A DNA stretch of 63,143 nucleotides from positions 1 to 63,143 of the IMG/VR virus record IMGVR_UViG_3300009149_000033, one strand, 5' to 3'. Origin of the DNA: a virus (taxonomy: Duplodnaviria; Caudoviricetes). The number at the start of each line of letters is the position of its first letter. The stretch's first letter is position 1. The position numbers and the translations under genes are program-made. The notes beneath the pieces were generated by a model. The model was not told where the DNA came from and ran no database searches. It saw only the letters and a program-made list of their open reading frames with translations. Shown piece after piece: positions 7,635 to 17,086 of the stretch.

Positions 7635-9395
7635 CTAATTTTTAAATACAGTTTCAAATAGAGCGTCAATCGAGCTCTCATCATCTTTAAACACGAGTTC
7701 ATCGGCTTTTGTGAACTCTAGTGAGCCCTCAGCTATGTCACCCATAACCTCGGTAATTAAGTCTTTTTTTTCGAACAGTACCTTCAATACGTGTTCATCT
7801 ATAGTACCCCTATTGACCATATGAATCAAATGAATGTGACCATATATACTACCTATACGCTGCGCTCTACCTATTGTTTGATAAAGGTCACCGTAAGACC
7901 AAGGAGTGTCATAGAATAATATAACATTTGCCGCCTGCAAATTGATAGCCGCAGAACCAGCTTGTGTTATAAAAATTGCATTTATATCTTGATTTAAATC
8001 TGAAAAATCTAATCGGGCCTTTTTTCTATCCTTAGAAGATACATCACCGCTAACCTTACGGTGTTTTAATTTAAGGTCATCAAGGATGGCCTCCAGGCGA
8101 GAAATGCCTGACTTAAACCTAGTAAAAACAATAACTTTTTCCGTAAACAATTCCTGCTCGAACAACCTTCTGAATTCCTGCTCTTTCGAGCTTTCTCCCT
8201 CTTCACGCATCCATTCAGGACCGTTTGAGATAAGTTGGCAATAACTAAGGGCTGCCATTTTACTGTTGGCTAAACCTTGCTCTGTCAAAGATTCATCGTA
8301 CTTCTTTTTATAGAACTCAAGCTTCTGGTAGTCTTTTTCACTTGGACCCGCATTAGTACTCATGTATTCTTCAAATTCAAAAAGCTTCCTTTTTACTTCC
8401 TTACGATATATATCGCCGTTAAGCGCTTGCTTATATAATCGTTCCTGGACAGTCGTCATATCAAGAATAACTTTTTTAGACATCAATCTTGGTAGCTCAT
8501 CCGCGACTTCACGAGTTCTTCTAAGAAGGAAATATGGATCTAATAAACTACGGAATTTCTCTAAATTCTTGTACCCAGACACAGTCTTTACATACCGTGT
8601 TTTACCTTTAATAAACCTGGGGACCTTCTTAAACTTCATGAAATTCTTTTCAAATTTAGGGGGTCCGCCAAACAGCCCAGGTACAACTACCCTGTATATA
8701 TTATATGCTTCCTCAAGTCTGTTTTTTATAACAGTGGCGCTCAAGCCATAGACTTTAAGCGCCTTTTCTGAAATCTTGTCCGCACCTAAATGTTTCATAC
8801 CCTTACGGTTTTTAAGCTCCTGAATCTCATCAAATATAACCATGAGCTCTTCGCCGCGATTCTCAATAAGAAAAATATAATCTTGTTGAATAGGGAAATA
8901 CCCACAAACAAGAATATCTGCATCTACTGTGTCATACTGTGCTTTTCTAGCCTCAAAGCCAGTTAATCTACTTACTTGCCCTCTTTTATGCCGGGCCTTC
9001 AACTCATCATAGTCCCCATATTCACCCGTAGCCTTAACCATCCCATAATAATTTTTAAGGGCATGGGAAGTAACACCAGAGGTAAATTTATCTATCTCCT
9101 CGCACCACTGGTCTACTGCAGATTTAGGGGTAGCAACGAGCATCTTAAGTTTTGGGTATTTGCTTCGACTGTAGCAGTAGCCTGCAATGGCCTGAACTGT
9201 TTTTCCTAAACCTACTCCGTCACCAAGTACCATTCTATTTAAAAGGAGGAAATGAAGGGCTCCTATAGCTTGATAGGGCCTTAGCTTGATATCGTCTCGA
9301 AGTAGTGCACAAGGCTTAAGAGAAGCCTTTTTACTTTTTCTCAACTTTTTTATAAAGTCATAGTTAGACGGAACAGCCGAATATTTAGTCGTCAA
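7635..9395 (-). CDS. SNF2-family (SF2) helicase/translocase
   Basis: LRPYQ, GDGVGLGKT, DEIQ, LSAT, KVIVFT, INLQAAN, QTIGRAQRIG; TTG start with AGAGGAG RBS. Confidence 0.92.
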   Translation of the reverse strand: MTTKYSAVPSNYDFIKKLRKSKKASLKPCALLRDDIKLRPYQAIGALHFLLLNRMVLGDGVGLGKTVQAIAGYCYSRSKYPKLKMLVATPKSAVDQWCEEIDKFTSGVTSHALKNYYGMVKATGEYGDYDELKARHKRGQVSRLTGFEARKAQYDTVDADILVCGYFPIQQDYIFLIENRGEELMVIFDEIQELKNRKGMKHLGADKISEKALKVYGLSATVIKNRLEEAYNIYRVVVPGLFGGPPKFEKNFMKFKKVPRFIKGKTRYVKTVSGYKNLEKFRSLLDPYFLLRRTREVADELPRLMSKKVILDMTTVQERLYKQALNGDIYRKEVKRKLFEFEEYMSTNAGPSEKDYQKLEFYKKKYDESLTEQGLANSKMAALSYCQLISNGPEWMREEGESSKEQEFRRLFEQELFTEKVIVFTRFKSGISRLEAILDDLKLKHRKVSGDVSSKDRKKARLDFSDLNQDINAIFITQAGSAAINLQAANVILFYDTPWSYGDLYQTIGRAQRIGSIYGHIHLIHMVNRGTIDEHVLKVLFEKKDLITEVMGDIAEGSLEFTKADELVFKDDESSIDALFETVFKN

Positions 9396-9419
9396 CAGAG
9401 ACTCCTCTTCTTTAAACTT

Positions 9420-9448
9420 AATCTAAATATACTATTTGGTGAATTCAA
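9420..9448 (-). promoter_or_regulatory. Candidate sigma70-type promoter for the replication module
   Basis: TTGAAT-N17-TAGATT on the minus strand, about 25 nt upstream of the SNF2 start, in the gap between the structural and replication modules. Each box matches consensus 4/6 in AT-rich DNA. Confidence 0.35.
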
Positions 9449-9526
9449 AATTTAAGTAAAATATCAATAAAAATACACTTAAGCCTTAAACAGCAAGGAC
9501 TTATACTTTTTTAAAACGAGTTTAAC

Positions 9527-10765
9527 CTATTTTTCCAGATATTTGGATAAAACATTTTCCACTAAAGATGCTGACGAAGCAACAGTCGCGGTCATTTGTG
9601 TATTAAGTTTATTTACTTGGTCTTGTATCTTTTTCTGTTTTTCACCCAGCTGCTTCAATTTATTTGCATTGTTTATGTTATCATCAGCTTGATTCATATC
9701 GTGAACAGGAATAGAGTTCTTATTCTTCGATGTGTTAATAGTCGAAGTTGGGGCTGTAGGTGAAGTAGGAGAACTTGTTGTGTAGTTAGCCTGCCTTATC
9801 TTCATCCTCTTGTGCTGACGTTTTACTAAATCTTGCATAATGCTATTATCCCTTGCATATCTATTCGTAACATCTTCTTTAGAAGTAGGATGCTGTTCAT
9901 CTACTGGTGTATTAACCGTCTCTTCCTCTTCTTTAGGCTGTACTTGCTGCAATTCATCTTCTGGTTTTTCTTGTACTTCTTTAGATATAGCTTCTTTTAA
10001 TTTATTCATCTGTGTAGTATCTCCTGTAAAAGCTATATTTTCTCCCATAAAATTATCCGCTTGAGCATTAGGTACATTATACATAGGACCTATTAATATG
10101 TTACTAGTATTAGACAGCCCCGGTATACTTATCCCGGAAGTTATTAAACGCATACGATATTGACTAGGACCAAATTCTTGCTCAAAAACATTTTTATTAT
10201 AAACTTCTCCTGGGACTCTCTGGCCTTTAAAAATACGTACTAAATCTCCTGATTCTGGAGCAGTACTCCTTTTAAAGACAGGATTAAAATCAAAAGAAAG
10301 TTTATTATCTTTAAAGGCTTTTGAAACTATTTTATTTAAAACAGAATCATAGTCTTCAGTATTGTTGTTATCTAAAACTTTATTATCACTATTTATTATT
10401 TTTTGATCCGGGGCAATTAAACTCCCGTCTCCACTTAATTTAGATGTTAAAATATATGACTTTTTTGGGTCTACAGGAGACGCCCCATAATCATTAGTTT
10501 TTATTACTATATGATTCCAAAAGAAATTACCGCTCTGAATTTTTTTTATTAAAGCATTACCTTGTTTTTTTACTTCTTCATAAATATTAGAATAATTTAT
10601 AGGATCATTTTTATCCGCCGTAAAATATAGAGTAACAGATGTATCCTCGTCCGCTGTAGAAGTACTAGGCTGCGGTATCTTTTCATTCTTTTCTTCTTGA
10701 GTTTCTTCTTCTTCGACAGCATACCTTTTTTTCAAAACATTTTGCGCAGATATCTTTAAATTCAT
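9527..10765 (-). CDS. Hypothetical protein, 412 aa, with acidic and Thr/Asn-rich low-complexity tracts (possible virion or internal protein)
   Basis: Long ORF on the coding strand, translationally coupled to the upstream gene; no recognisable catalytic motif. Confidence 0.75.
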   Translation of the reverse strand: MNLKISAQNVLKKRYAVEEEETQEEKNEKIPQPSTSTADEDTSVTLYFTADKNDPINYSNIYEEVKKQGNALIKKIQSGNFFWNHIVIKTNDYGASPVDPKKSYILTSKLSGDGSLIAPDQKIINSDNKVLDNNNTEDYDSVLNKIVSKAFKDNKLSFDFNPVFKRSTAPESGDLVRIFKGQRVPGEVYNKNVFEQEFGPSQYRMRLITSGISIPGLSNTSNILIGPMYNVPNAQADNFMGENIAFTGDTTQMNKLKEAISKEVQEKPEDELQQVQPKEEEETVNTPVDEQHPTSKEDVTNRYARDNSIMQDLVKRQHKRMKIRQANYTTSSPTSPTAPTSTINTSKNKNSIPVHDMNQADDNINNANKLKQLGEKQKKIQDQVNKLNTQMTATVASSASLVENVLSKYLEK

Positions 10766-11130
10766 TACAACTTCTCCCTAGGAATACTTTGACCTTTTTC
10801 TTTTATCATAGATACAATACTTAAATTCTTTAAATTATTTGAAAGGTCTTTATTTTGTTTACTTCTTCTTATTCTTTCAAATAAATAGATACCAAAAAGA
10901 AGAGCACCAAACAGGCTTACTATCCCAAGTCCTACAAATAAATGAAAAGTTAGCAACGACCTAAAGTCAAAAATAAAATCTTCGTTTAGCTTATATTTCT
11001 GAAGCAAAGAAACTAAATCAGTATAAATTATAAAAGATTGCGTTATTAGAGCCATAAACAGAGCCACAACAAGAATTGGACTTATACTAAGCCACCCTAG
11101 TCTACTTCCTTTATTAAACAGCTTATCCAT
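10765..11130 (-). CDS. Two-TM small membrane protein, holin-like topology
   Basis: Two hydrophobic segments (ISPILVVALFMALITQSFII; LFVGLGIVSLFGALLFGIYLF) and a basic C-terminal tail. Holin function is inference. Confidence 0.55.
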   Translation of the reverse strand: MDKLFNKGSRLGWLSISPILVVALFMALITQSFIIYTDLVSLLQKYKLNEDFIFDFRSLLTFHLFVGLGIVSLFGALLFGIYLFERIRRSKQNKDLSNNLKNLSIVSMIKEKGQSIPREKL

Positions 11131-12016
11131 TTATTCCTGCTATTCTACTAACGAACTGTTTTAACCTTTTTTCCATCTCTTCTATTTTCTTTTGTGACCT
11201 AATTGCTACGTCTCTAGCGTCATTAAAAATATCCTCTACTATTGATCTAATTTCTAAAAAAGTAGAATTATGAAGTTCCATAACACTGCTCTGTTTAATT
11301 TCCCAGTTACCCATGTACATTTCAATAGTAGTATCATTTATGACGTTTTTTATGCTTTCGAACTGTTTTTCTATATAATCATTGTACTGGCCCTGGCTTT
11401 TAAAATCAGCTAGATGGTTGTTCAAAAGAGCCGCTCGTATAATAAGATCTTTTATATCTTGTAACATTATACGGGTAAGAGCCTGATAAAACTTATAAGC
11501 TACTAAATTGTCTCCACTTATTTGATCCTGTTCATTAGCCTTTCTCGCTAATAAAAAACGATACTTATTCTGTAAAATAGTTCTCATTCTAATAAGGTGC
11601 TGGTCAGCTTTAAACATCTGCTCAGACATGCAGCCTTTATACTTAATCTCAGATATTACAGATACAACATTAGTAGTCTCTGTAATAATTAGAATGAAAT
11701 CATTAACATGAGGACAGCCTGAATGAACAGACACCCGATTCCCTGTAGGAAATTCTTTTTTAAAAGAATTTGTATCCTCCACAGTAGAAACTTCTTTATT
11801 ATCTGCTCGCGCCCTTTTCTTACTAAGGGTAAAGGAGCCACTATCCTTCAGCTGCACATCTAATAAGTTTCTTCCAAACATAGATATAGTTAAATTTCTT
11901 TTATACATCATGGCGACCAAAACAAGTATAAAAACCACAGAAAATAAAACTAAGTAAGTTTGTGGATGCTGCAATGATGCCGGAATTATATCTAAAAAAG
12001 ATGCCTCAGAATTCAC
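11123..12016 (-). CDS. Single-TM membrane protein with a large helical soluble domain
   Basis: N-terminal TM (YLVLFSVVFILVLVAMMY); GTG start with AAGGAG RBS; overlaps the two-TM gene. Confidence 0.65.
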   Translation of the reverse strand: MNSEASFLDIIPASLQHPQTYLVLFSVVFILVLVAMMYKRNLTISMFGRNLLDVQLKDSGSFTLSKKRARADNKEVSTVEDTNSFKKEFPTGNRVSVHSGCPHVNDFILIITETTNVVSVISEIKYKGCMSEQMFKADQHLIRMRTILQNKYRFLLARKANEQDQISGDNLVAYKFYQALTRIMLQDIKDLIIRAALLNNHLADFKSQGQYNDYIEKQFESIKNVINDTTIEMYMGNWEIKQSSVMELHNSTFLEIRSIVEDIFNDARDVAIRSQKKIEEMEKRLKQFVSRIAGING

Positions 12017-12025
12017 CTTTACTCC

Positions 12026-15000
12026 TTATAATTTTATTAAAGGACGACCTATCAGCTCAAACAAATCAATAGTGTCTTTGTCCGTGTAATTATTAATTTT
12101 TGTTTCAACTGTGTCATTTTTAGACTCACTAGATATTACAGCCATATAAGGCTTGGTTACCCCGTTACTATCAATCTTTAAATATAAATATGGTTGAAAT
12201 ACTTTTTTATATATAGTTCCAGAAGTCGAAACAGTTGTGTATTGAATAGATGGTCTCTTGAAAGACAATTGAAAATTAGAGTCATTAGGATCAGAGGATA
12301 AAATAATATCAGAAACCCCTCTACTAGTCTGGTTATTAAGATTAGAGGCAGATCCTATAACAAAAGTCCCCGGCGTAGCTTTAAGAGGATCCTGTATGTA
12401 ATTAACAGCATCAGTATAAATAAAAGAAGAGGATACTCCAGAAACAGTCATTAAAGTAGACTCTCCTTTGTAGTCCTCGTATAAAAAAGTAGGCATACGA
12501 TCAATAGTGTTGCTTACGTTATCACTAGGAACATCTTCTCTTATTATCTCGTATTCATCCCCTGCAGAAGAGGGAGCGACCAAATCTTGCCTAAAGGGTT
12601 GGTTCAAAACAACCCACCCAGTCCTACCTACTCCAGAAGCAAACTTCTCTATTTTAAAACTTGTGGCGTCATTTTTAATACGTATAAAATATGTATAATT
12701 ATCTAAGTCTAGGTAAGATGTCCAATCTGGTACTCCACTACCATCACTTATAGGCTGTACGAATCTAGAAGAGACAATAAATTTAGCCTTTCCACCAATA
12801 AGACTATCCGTGCCTATTACTATACTAGATTCTCTTCCGCTTCCCTTAGAACTTATATTAGCTTGAGTACTTGACAAAAACTCCCCGGAAACGACACTGG
12901 TAGGGGATAATAACCCTTGGTACGGAATAAATTCATAGTTGAAGTTGTACGGCTGCTCGTTAGACGATACGTAGCTTTTAACTAACAAAGGAACTTTTAT
13001 ATAGTTACCTGTTATGCTTGAGCTTGTATCTTGTACCTTTATACGGGTAGGAGTCTTTTGAGTAGAGTAGGCGTCAGAAGTTAATATAGGTAAAATACTA
13101 TTTATTTGAGCTGTCCCTGCAACTTTTATGCTATCAAAAACATTACCGGAAGAATCGTACACATAAGGCACCCCAGTTAAATAGGTCCCTTCCGCGTCAC
13201 TCGAAGAAGTAGCTTTAGTAGCTATCTTTATAATTGGCTTATCTACAGTATCAGCAATAAAAAAATCAGTAGAACCGTCTCGTTCGGCAACTACTTCAAT
13301 CATTTCAAAAATATCAATAATTCCTCTAGCCTGCCTATTAAATTTAAAAAACTTTAGGGCGTTGATTTCATCTTTTACTATTTGCTGAGTGGCAACTTTA
13401 TAGTAGTCTGGCTTAGACCCAACCACTAAAGTTATCTTAAATTCCTTGGCCCCAGTATTAGCTACGCTGTTTATACTAAGCCTATAAGCTGTAATTTCTT
13501 TCTCATCAGGGTTAGAAGGAGTAACAGCAACTTCATCCCTGATATGGTTAAAAGTTCTTAGTACCCAATCAGGACTAGCTGTAGTTCCTACATTTTCATA
13601 GACACTCTTAACACCAAGAATATAATAACCATACAATTTACTTTCTGTTAAATTGATAGTAAACTGAGAAGGAACCACTCCTATAGGCCTATGTATAAGT
13701 AAATCCATACCAAAATCTACAGTTTCCGTAAAACTATTATGAGCGTTCTGTATAAAGTCTCTACTATCTGTTTCCCCGTCATTTATATCTTTACCGTTAC
13801 TACCGTAACAAACAGCTATACCCGTAAGATTATATCTTAATGAAACTGGAACTCCGGAGGCAGAGATAGGATTTTTTATACTTTTATTAACTTCAAATAT
13901 CTTTTCCGGCACATTCCTTAATCCATTGTTGCCTGCAATGTATGTTAAATCTACTTCTAAATAAATAGTTGAAGAAGTACCTATAATATTGCTACCCTCA
14001 GAAATAGTAATCTCTTTGTTTGATGTACTATATGAGGATAAAGTAACTTCCCCTAAAGAAGGCTCATATATGCCTTGTGCAGTAGTAATAGTAACTAACG
14101 AAGTAGAGGGTATATAGCTTGAAAGGTCAAAAGTCCCGGCACTCCAGGTCGAACCACCAGATGCCGCTACTGGTATAGAGACTATATTAAAAGAAGTAGA
14201 AATAGCTGCATTAGCGTATACACTTCTTTTAAAATAAGATGTACTACTTTCTCCTGATGACAAATTAGGTATATCGTTTCCTCCGGCACCATTTATCTGC
14301 TCTATCTTAAATTGTTTAGATGCGCCAGAATAAATCGCTTTACCTCCAGAAAAATTAGTAAATCCTTTGCCTATGTTAGTGCTAACACCTCCAGTTACTA
14401 ACTTCTTAAAAGTATTCTCCATTATGTCTTTAGACTGTGACGCATTAACAAGTATTCTATGCCTGTAGTCTACTATATCGCTTTTATAAATAACATCCAA
14501 TAGCTTACCGTCGGGCCTATCAGAACGATACCCACTTAGGTAGCTCTGGCGGGTTGTAGCAGACGAGTGTATAGCTCCTGTATTAAAGGAACCTTGTTTT
14601 CTTCTATATACCATAAACATAGGTATAGCATAAACATACCCATCCACGGTGTTCAGAATAGTTTGATCCGCAGAAGACCCACTACCTGAAATATAAAGTC
14701 CTACATCATCGCTCCCTTTAACCCTAAATTTATATGAAGGAAATTGATACGCAGAAGTTCTTCCCCCTATAGGGTAGATACTTGTGAGGTCAAAACCTTC
14801 GTTAAAATTAGAAATAGAAGTAATTTTTTGTGTGCGTATACGATACTGTATCTGTACCCTCTTTGTAGTTTCTACTCCTACTACATCGTAAACTAATTCA
14901 TTGTCAGTGTAAGGAGTGGCGGTAACATTTCCGTGTGGGTATATTGGATCGTTTTCACCTGTAAGTTTTTTCCAAACTTCCAGGAAAACAAAATCATATC

Positions 15001-15409
15001 TATAAGAATCTGCTGTAGGAGCATCCAGTTCGATGATATTATCCGTACCAGTTGAGTTATACCCAGCAATACAAATAGGCCAACCATTAACAACAGCCGT
15101 AGCACCAGTATCGTTACTCATCAATTTAAAGGTATTTGCGCTATATGTTAAAGAAGTAAAAATATCACCTACTGAGGCATTTGTTTCAGAGACGCTCATA
15201 TCTTCTAAAGACTTTACATCCCCTACTTGCACCCAACCGGAAGGAGTAAAAGAAGATACAGCATCTTTTATCTTCTGATTACCTATTTGATTAATAAGAT
15301 TCCACTCAGAAGAAAGAGGAGGAGTTTTATATTGAAAAACTATATTATCTAAACTTCTATCTTCTGTGCTTAATACCCTAGGTTGACCAGAGCCAAAATT
15401 ATCACTCAT
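12026..15409 (-). CDS. Large virion protein (baseplate wedge or fibre base), paralogue of 35035..39456
   Basis: Shares VFQ..., FLEVW, GVETTKRxQIQYRIR, NTVDGYxYAxPMF, RPD...DIVDxR and the C-terminal LxxxPL motifs with the 1473-aa protein; structural-gene context. Confidence 0.7.
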   Translation of the reverse strand: MSDNFGSGQPRVLSTEDRSLDNIVFQYKTPPLSSEWNLINQIGNQKIKDAVSSFTPSGWVQVGDVKSLEDMSVSETNASVGDIFTSLTYSANTFKLMSNDTGATAVVNGWPICIAGYNSTGTDNIIELDAPTADSYRYDFVFLEVWKKLTGENDPIYPHGNVTATPYTDNELVYDVVGVETTKRVQIQYRIRTQKITSISNFNEGFDLTSIYPIGGRTSAYQFPSYKFRVKGSDDVGLYISGSGSSADQTILNTVDGYVYAIPMFMVYRRKQGSFNTGAIHSSATTRQSYLSGYRSDRPDGKLLDVIYKSDIVDYRHRILVNASQSKDIMENTFKKLVTGGVSTNIGKGFTNFSGGKAIYSGASKQFKIEQINGAGGNDIPNLSSGESSTSYFKRSVYANAAISTSFNIVSIPVAASGGSTWSAGTFDLSSYIPSTSLVTITTAQGIYEPSLGEVTLSSYSTSNKEITISEGSNIIGTSSTIYLEVDLTYIAGNNGLRNVPEKIFEVNKSIKNPISASGVPVSLRYNLTGIAVCYGSNGKDINDGETDSRDFIQNAHNSFTETVDFGMDLLIHRPIGVVPSQFTINLTESKLYGYYILGVKSVYENVGTTASPDWVLRTFNHIRDEVAVTPSNPDEKEITAYRLSINSVANTGAKEFKITLVVGSKPDYYKVATQQIVKDEINALKFFKFNRQARGIIDIFEMIEVVAERDGSTDFFIADTVDKPIIKIATKATSSSDAEGTYLTGVPYVYDSSGNVFDSIKVAGTAQINSILPILTSDAYSTQKTPTRIKVQDTSSSITGNYIKVPLLVKSYVSSNEQPYNFNYEFIPYQGLLSPTSVVSGEFLSSTQANISSKGSGRESSIVIGTDSLIGGKAKFIVSSRFVQPISDGSGVPDWTSYLDLDNYTYFIRIKNDATSFKIEKFASGVGRTGWVVLNQPFRQDLVAPSSAGDEYEIIREDVPSDNVSNTIDRMPTFLYEDYKGESTLMTVSGVSSSFIYTDAVNYIQDPLKATPGTFVIGSASNLNNQTSRGVSDIILSSDPNDSNFQLSFKRPSIQYTTVSTSGTIYKKVFQPYLYLKIDSNGVTKPYMAVISSESKNDTVETKINNYTDKDTIDLFELIGRPLIKL

Positions 15410-15410
15410 C

Positions 15411-16409
15411 TTATGATCCCTTTATTTCATTTAACATCTGCAATCTTACAAAATCTAGCGGGTCTAATACTTTAGACTCTATAGTAGGAGAAAGGCATAA
15501 AAATTTTATAAGAACATTAAATCTATTCTGAGTCTGCTCAATTATTTCATCAGATATAAAAAATTTTGCGGGATAACTTGTTTTCTCCGTAAATGTTTTA
15601 TCCATCAGAATCAACGGGGCCAGTAGCGTGACTAATCTAATTACTACGTCTTTTATTTTTGCGTAGCTTTCAATTATGTCTGGGATCAAAACTCCCACCA
15701 CCATTTTCTTTTCTTCAAAACACTCTTCATCGAATATACTTTTAAATTTATAGACTAACCTATCAATTGATTTTTCAATTAATTCCAAACTAACGTACGC
15801 CTGATTCCAACATTTATTTAAAAACTCGGAGCGTAAACTGTCTAAAATTTGTTGCATAGGTTTTGCTCCCCACATACTATCTTTTAATTTTCTTCTAGTA
15901 AACGTACTAGCTACATCTAATGATTCTTCTAAATCAGAGCTTAAAGCTGATATTTTCTTTTTTAACACCTCTAAATTATTCATTAAAATTTCAGTTGGTA
16001 TACAACCCTCTGCCGAAAAACCAGAAGCAGCCCTCAATCTAATATCTCTCTCTTCTTTAGGTTTATTTCTTATTATAACTACAGGATTTCCTACACTATC
16101 GTTAAGGTTGGGGATTATCTCTTCTAACAAATTTACAGAAGATTCTTTTATATTTTTCCACTCACTTTTATATAGTCTAATCTTTTTATCTTCGCTACTT
16201 TTAAACATATAATCTAATACAGAAGCTATAACTATGCCCGCCTCTTTAAACCGAGGGTCTTTCTCTGATATGCTATAAACCTCATACCCATCAAGGAAAC
16301 CCTTAATAGAGTTTCCTTTTCTAATAAGATTAAAAGTTTTTCCCCCTATAGATGAATAACCTATAGCTTCTGAATTTAGTACAGATATCCTTTTTATTAA
16401 ATGCTTCAT
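15411..16409 (-). CDS. Hypothetical protein, 332 aa
   Basis: Coding-strand ORF coupled to both neighbours; no motif recognised. Confidence 0.7.
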   Translation of the reverse strand: MKHLIKRISVLNSEAIGYSSIGGKTFNLIRKGNSIKGFLDGYEVYSISEKDPRFKEAGIVIASVLDYMFKSSEDKKIRLYKSEWKNIKESSVNLLEEIIPNLNDSVGNPVVIIRNKPKEERDIRLRAASGFSAEGCIPTEILMNNLEVLKKKISALSSDLEESLDVASTFTRRKLKDSMWGAKPMQQILDSLRSEFLNKCWNQAYVSLELIEKSIDRLVYKFKSIFDEECFEEKKMVVGVLIPDIIESYAKIKDVVIRLVTLLAPLILMDKTFTEKTSYPAKFFISDEIIEQTQNRFNVLIKFLCLSPTIESKVLDPLDFVRLQMLNEIKGS

Positions 16410-16987
16410 TAAGAAGTTATCCTAAAAATTACAGTAAGGGTCATAGTATTTGTTTTTGAAATAACCGGAAAAGTCCTCCAGTTAACCATTGTACCACTGT
16501 TAGGCTCTTCTGTAGCATCCCCACCAAACAAAGATAGCTCCATTATAGGCCCTACAGCCTCAGCCTCCCCAAAAGAAATAGAATAATCCACAATATTGGT
16601 TTGAGTTTCTGTAGGCTCACCAGTATCTGGATCTACAAAAGTTGCTAAGTCTATGGATTTTCTATATAACTCGTTTTCAAGTCTTGTCTGAGAAGTTGTA
16701 GGAGCAGGAGGGTCTAATAACTGCCAGGAAGAATTGCCGCTACCGACAGCTAAATAAGAAATACCGTTGGTAGGCTCTGAGTTATCTTTTAACAATCTAG
16801 CTATTAGTATAGATGCTGTGTTTACTATAATATTAGATTTACGGTACTCGTGGACTAGTTCACCATTCTCATAGGCTTTAAGGTACAATTCTCCTTTTAA
16901 TTTTGTAGAATCGTCCTCATACTTGAGAGTAGGGCTCATCTTCATTAAATTAAAAAATCTTTGGATTCTTTCCTTAAAAATTGCCAT
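16409..16987 (-). CDS. Tail-collar or fibre-attachment-type protein
   Basis: NIIVN...ISYLAVGSG...PTTSQTRLENELYRK...EAVGPIMELSLF...FPVISK pattern, typical of phage tail-fibre attachment domains; GAGG RBS. Confidence 0.7.
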   Translation of the reverse strand: MAIFKERIQRFFNLMKMSPTLKYEDDSTKLKGELYLKAYENGELVHEYRKSNIIVNTASILIARLLKDNSEPTNGISYLAVGSGNSSWQLLDPPAPTTSQTRLENELYRKSIDLATFVDPDTGEPTETQTNIVDYSISFGEAEAVGPIMELSLFGGDATEEPNSGTMVNWRTFPVISKTNTMTLTVIFRITS

Positions 16988-17049
16988 ACTTGTTTCCTCT
17001 TAAAAGTTTGTTATTTAAATATGGGTATAAACCTTATAATAGCTAGAAT

Positions 17050-17059
17050 TATTAATAGA
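17050..17059 (-). promoter_or_regulatory. Candidate late-promoter motif TCTATTAATA (copy 1)
   Basis: Identical 10-mer in the gaps upstream of genes starting at 16987, 29233 and 43578; variant upstream of 22749. Confidence 0.5.
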
Positions 17060-17086
17060 TTATGATTGAGCTTTAGACTCTCACAA

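Noticed and set aside
7613-7702. N-terminal 30 codons of the called 265-aa ORF
   Set aside because: Overlaps the SNF2 gene; ATG 7612 has a GAGG RBS and gives clean packing.
9481-9502. Hairpin AAGTCCTT-GCTGTTT-AAGGCTT after the structural operon, as a possible terminator
   Set aside because: Short bulged stem with no immediately adjacent U-tract; too weak to call.
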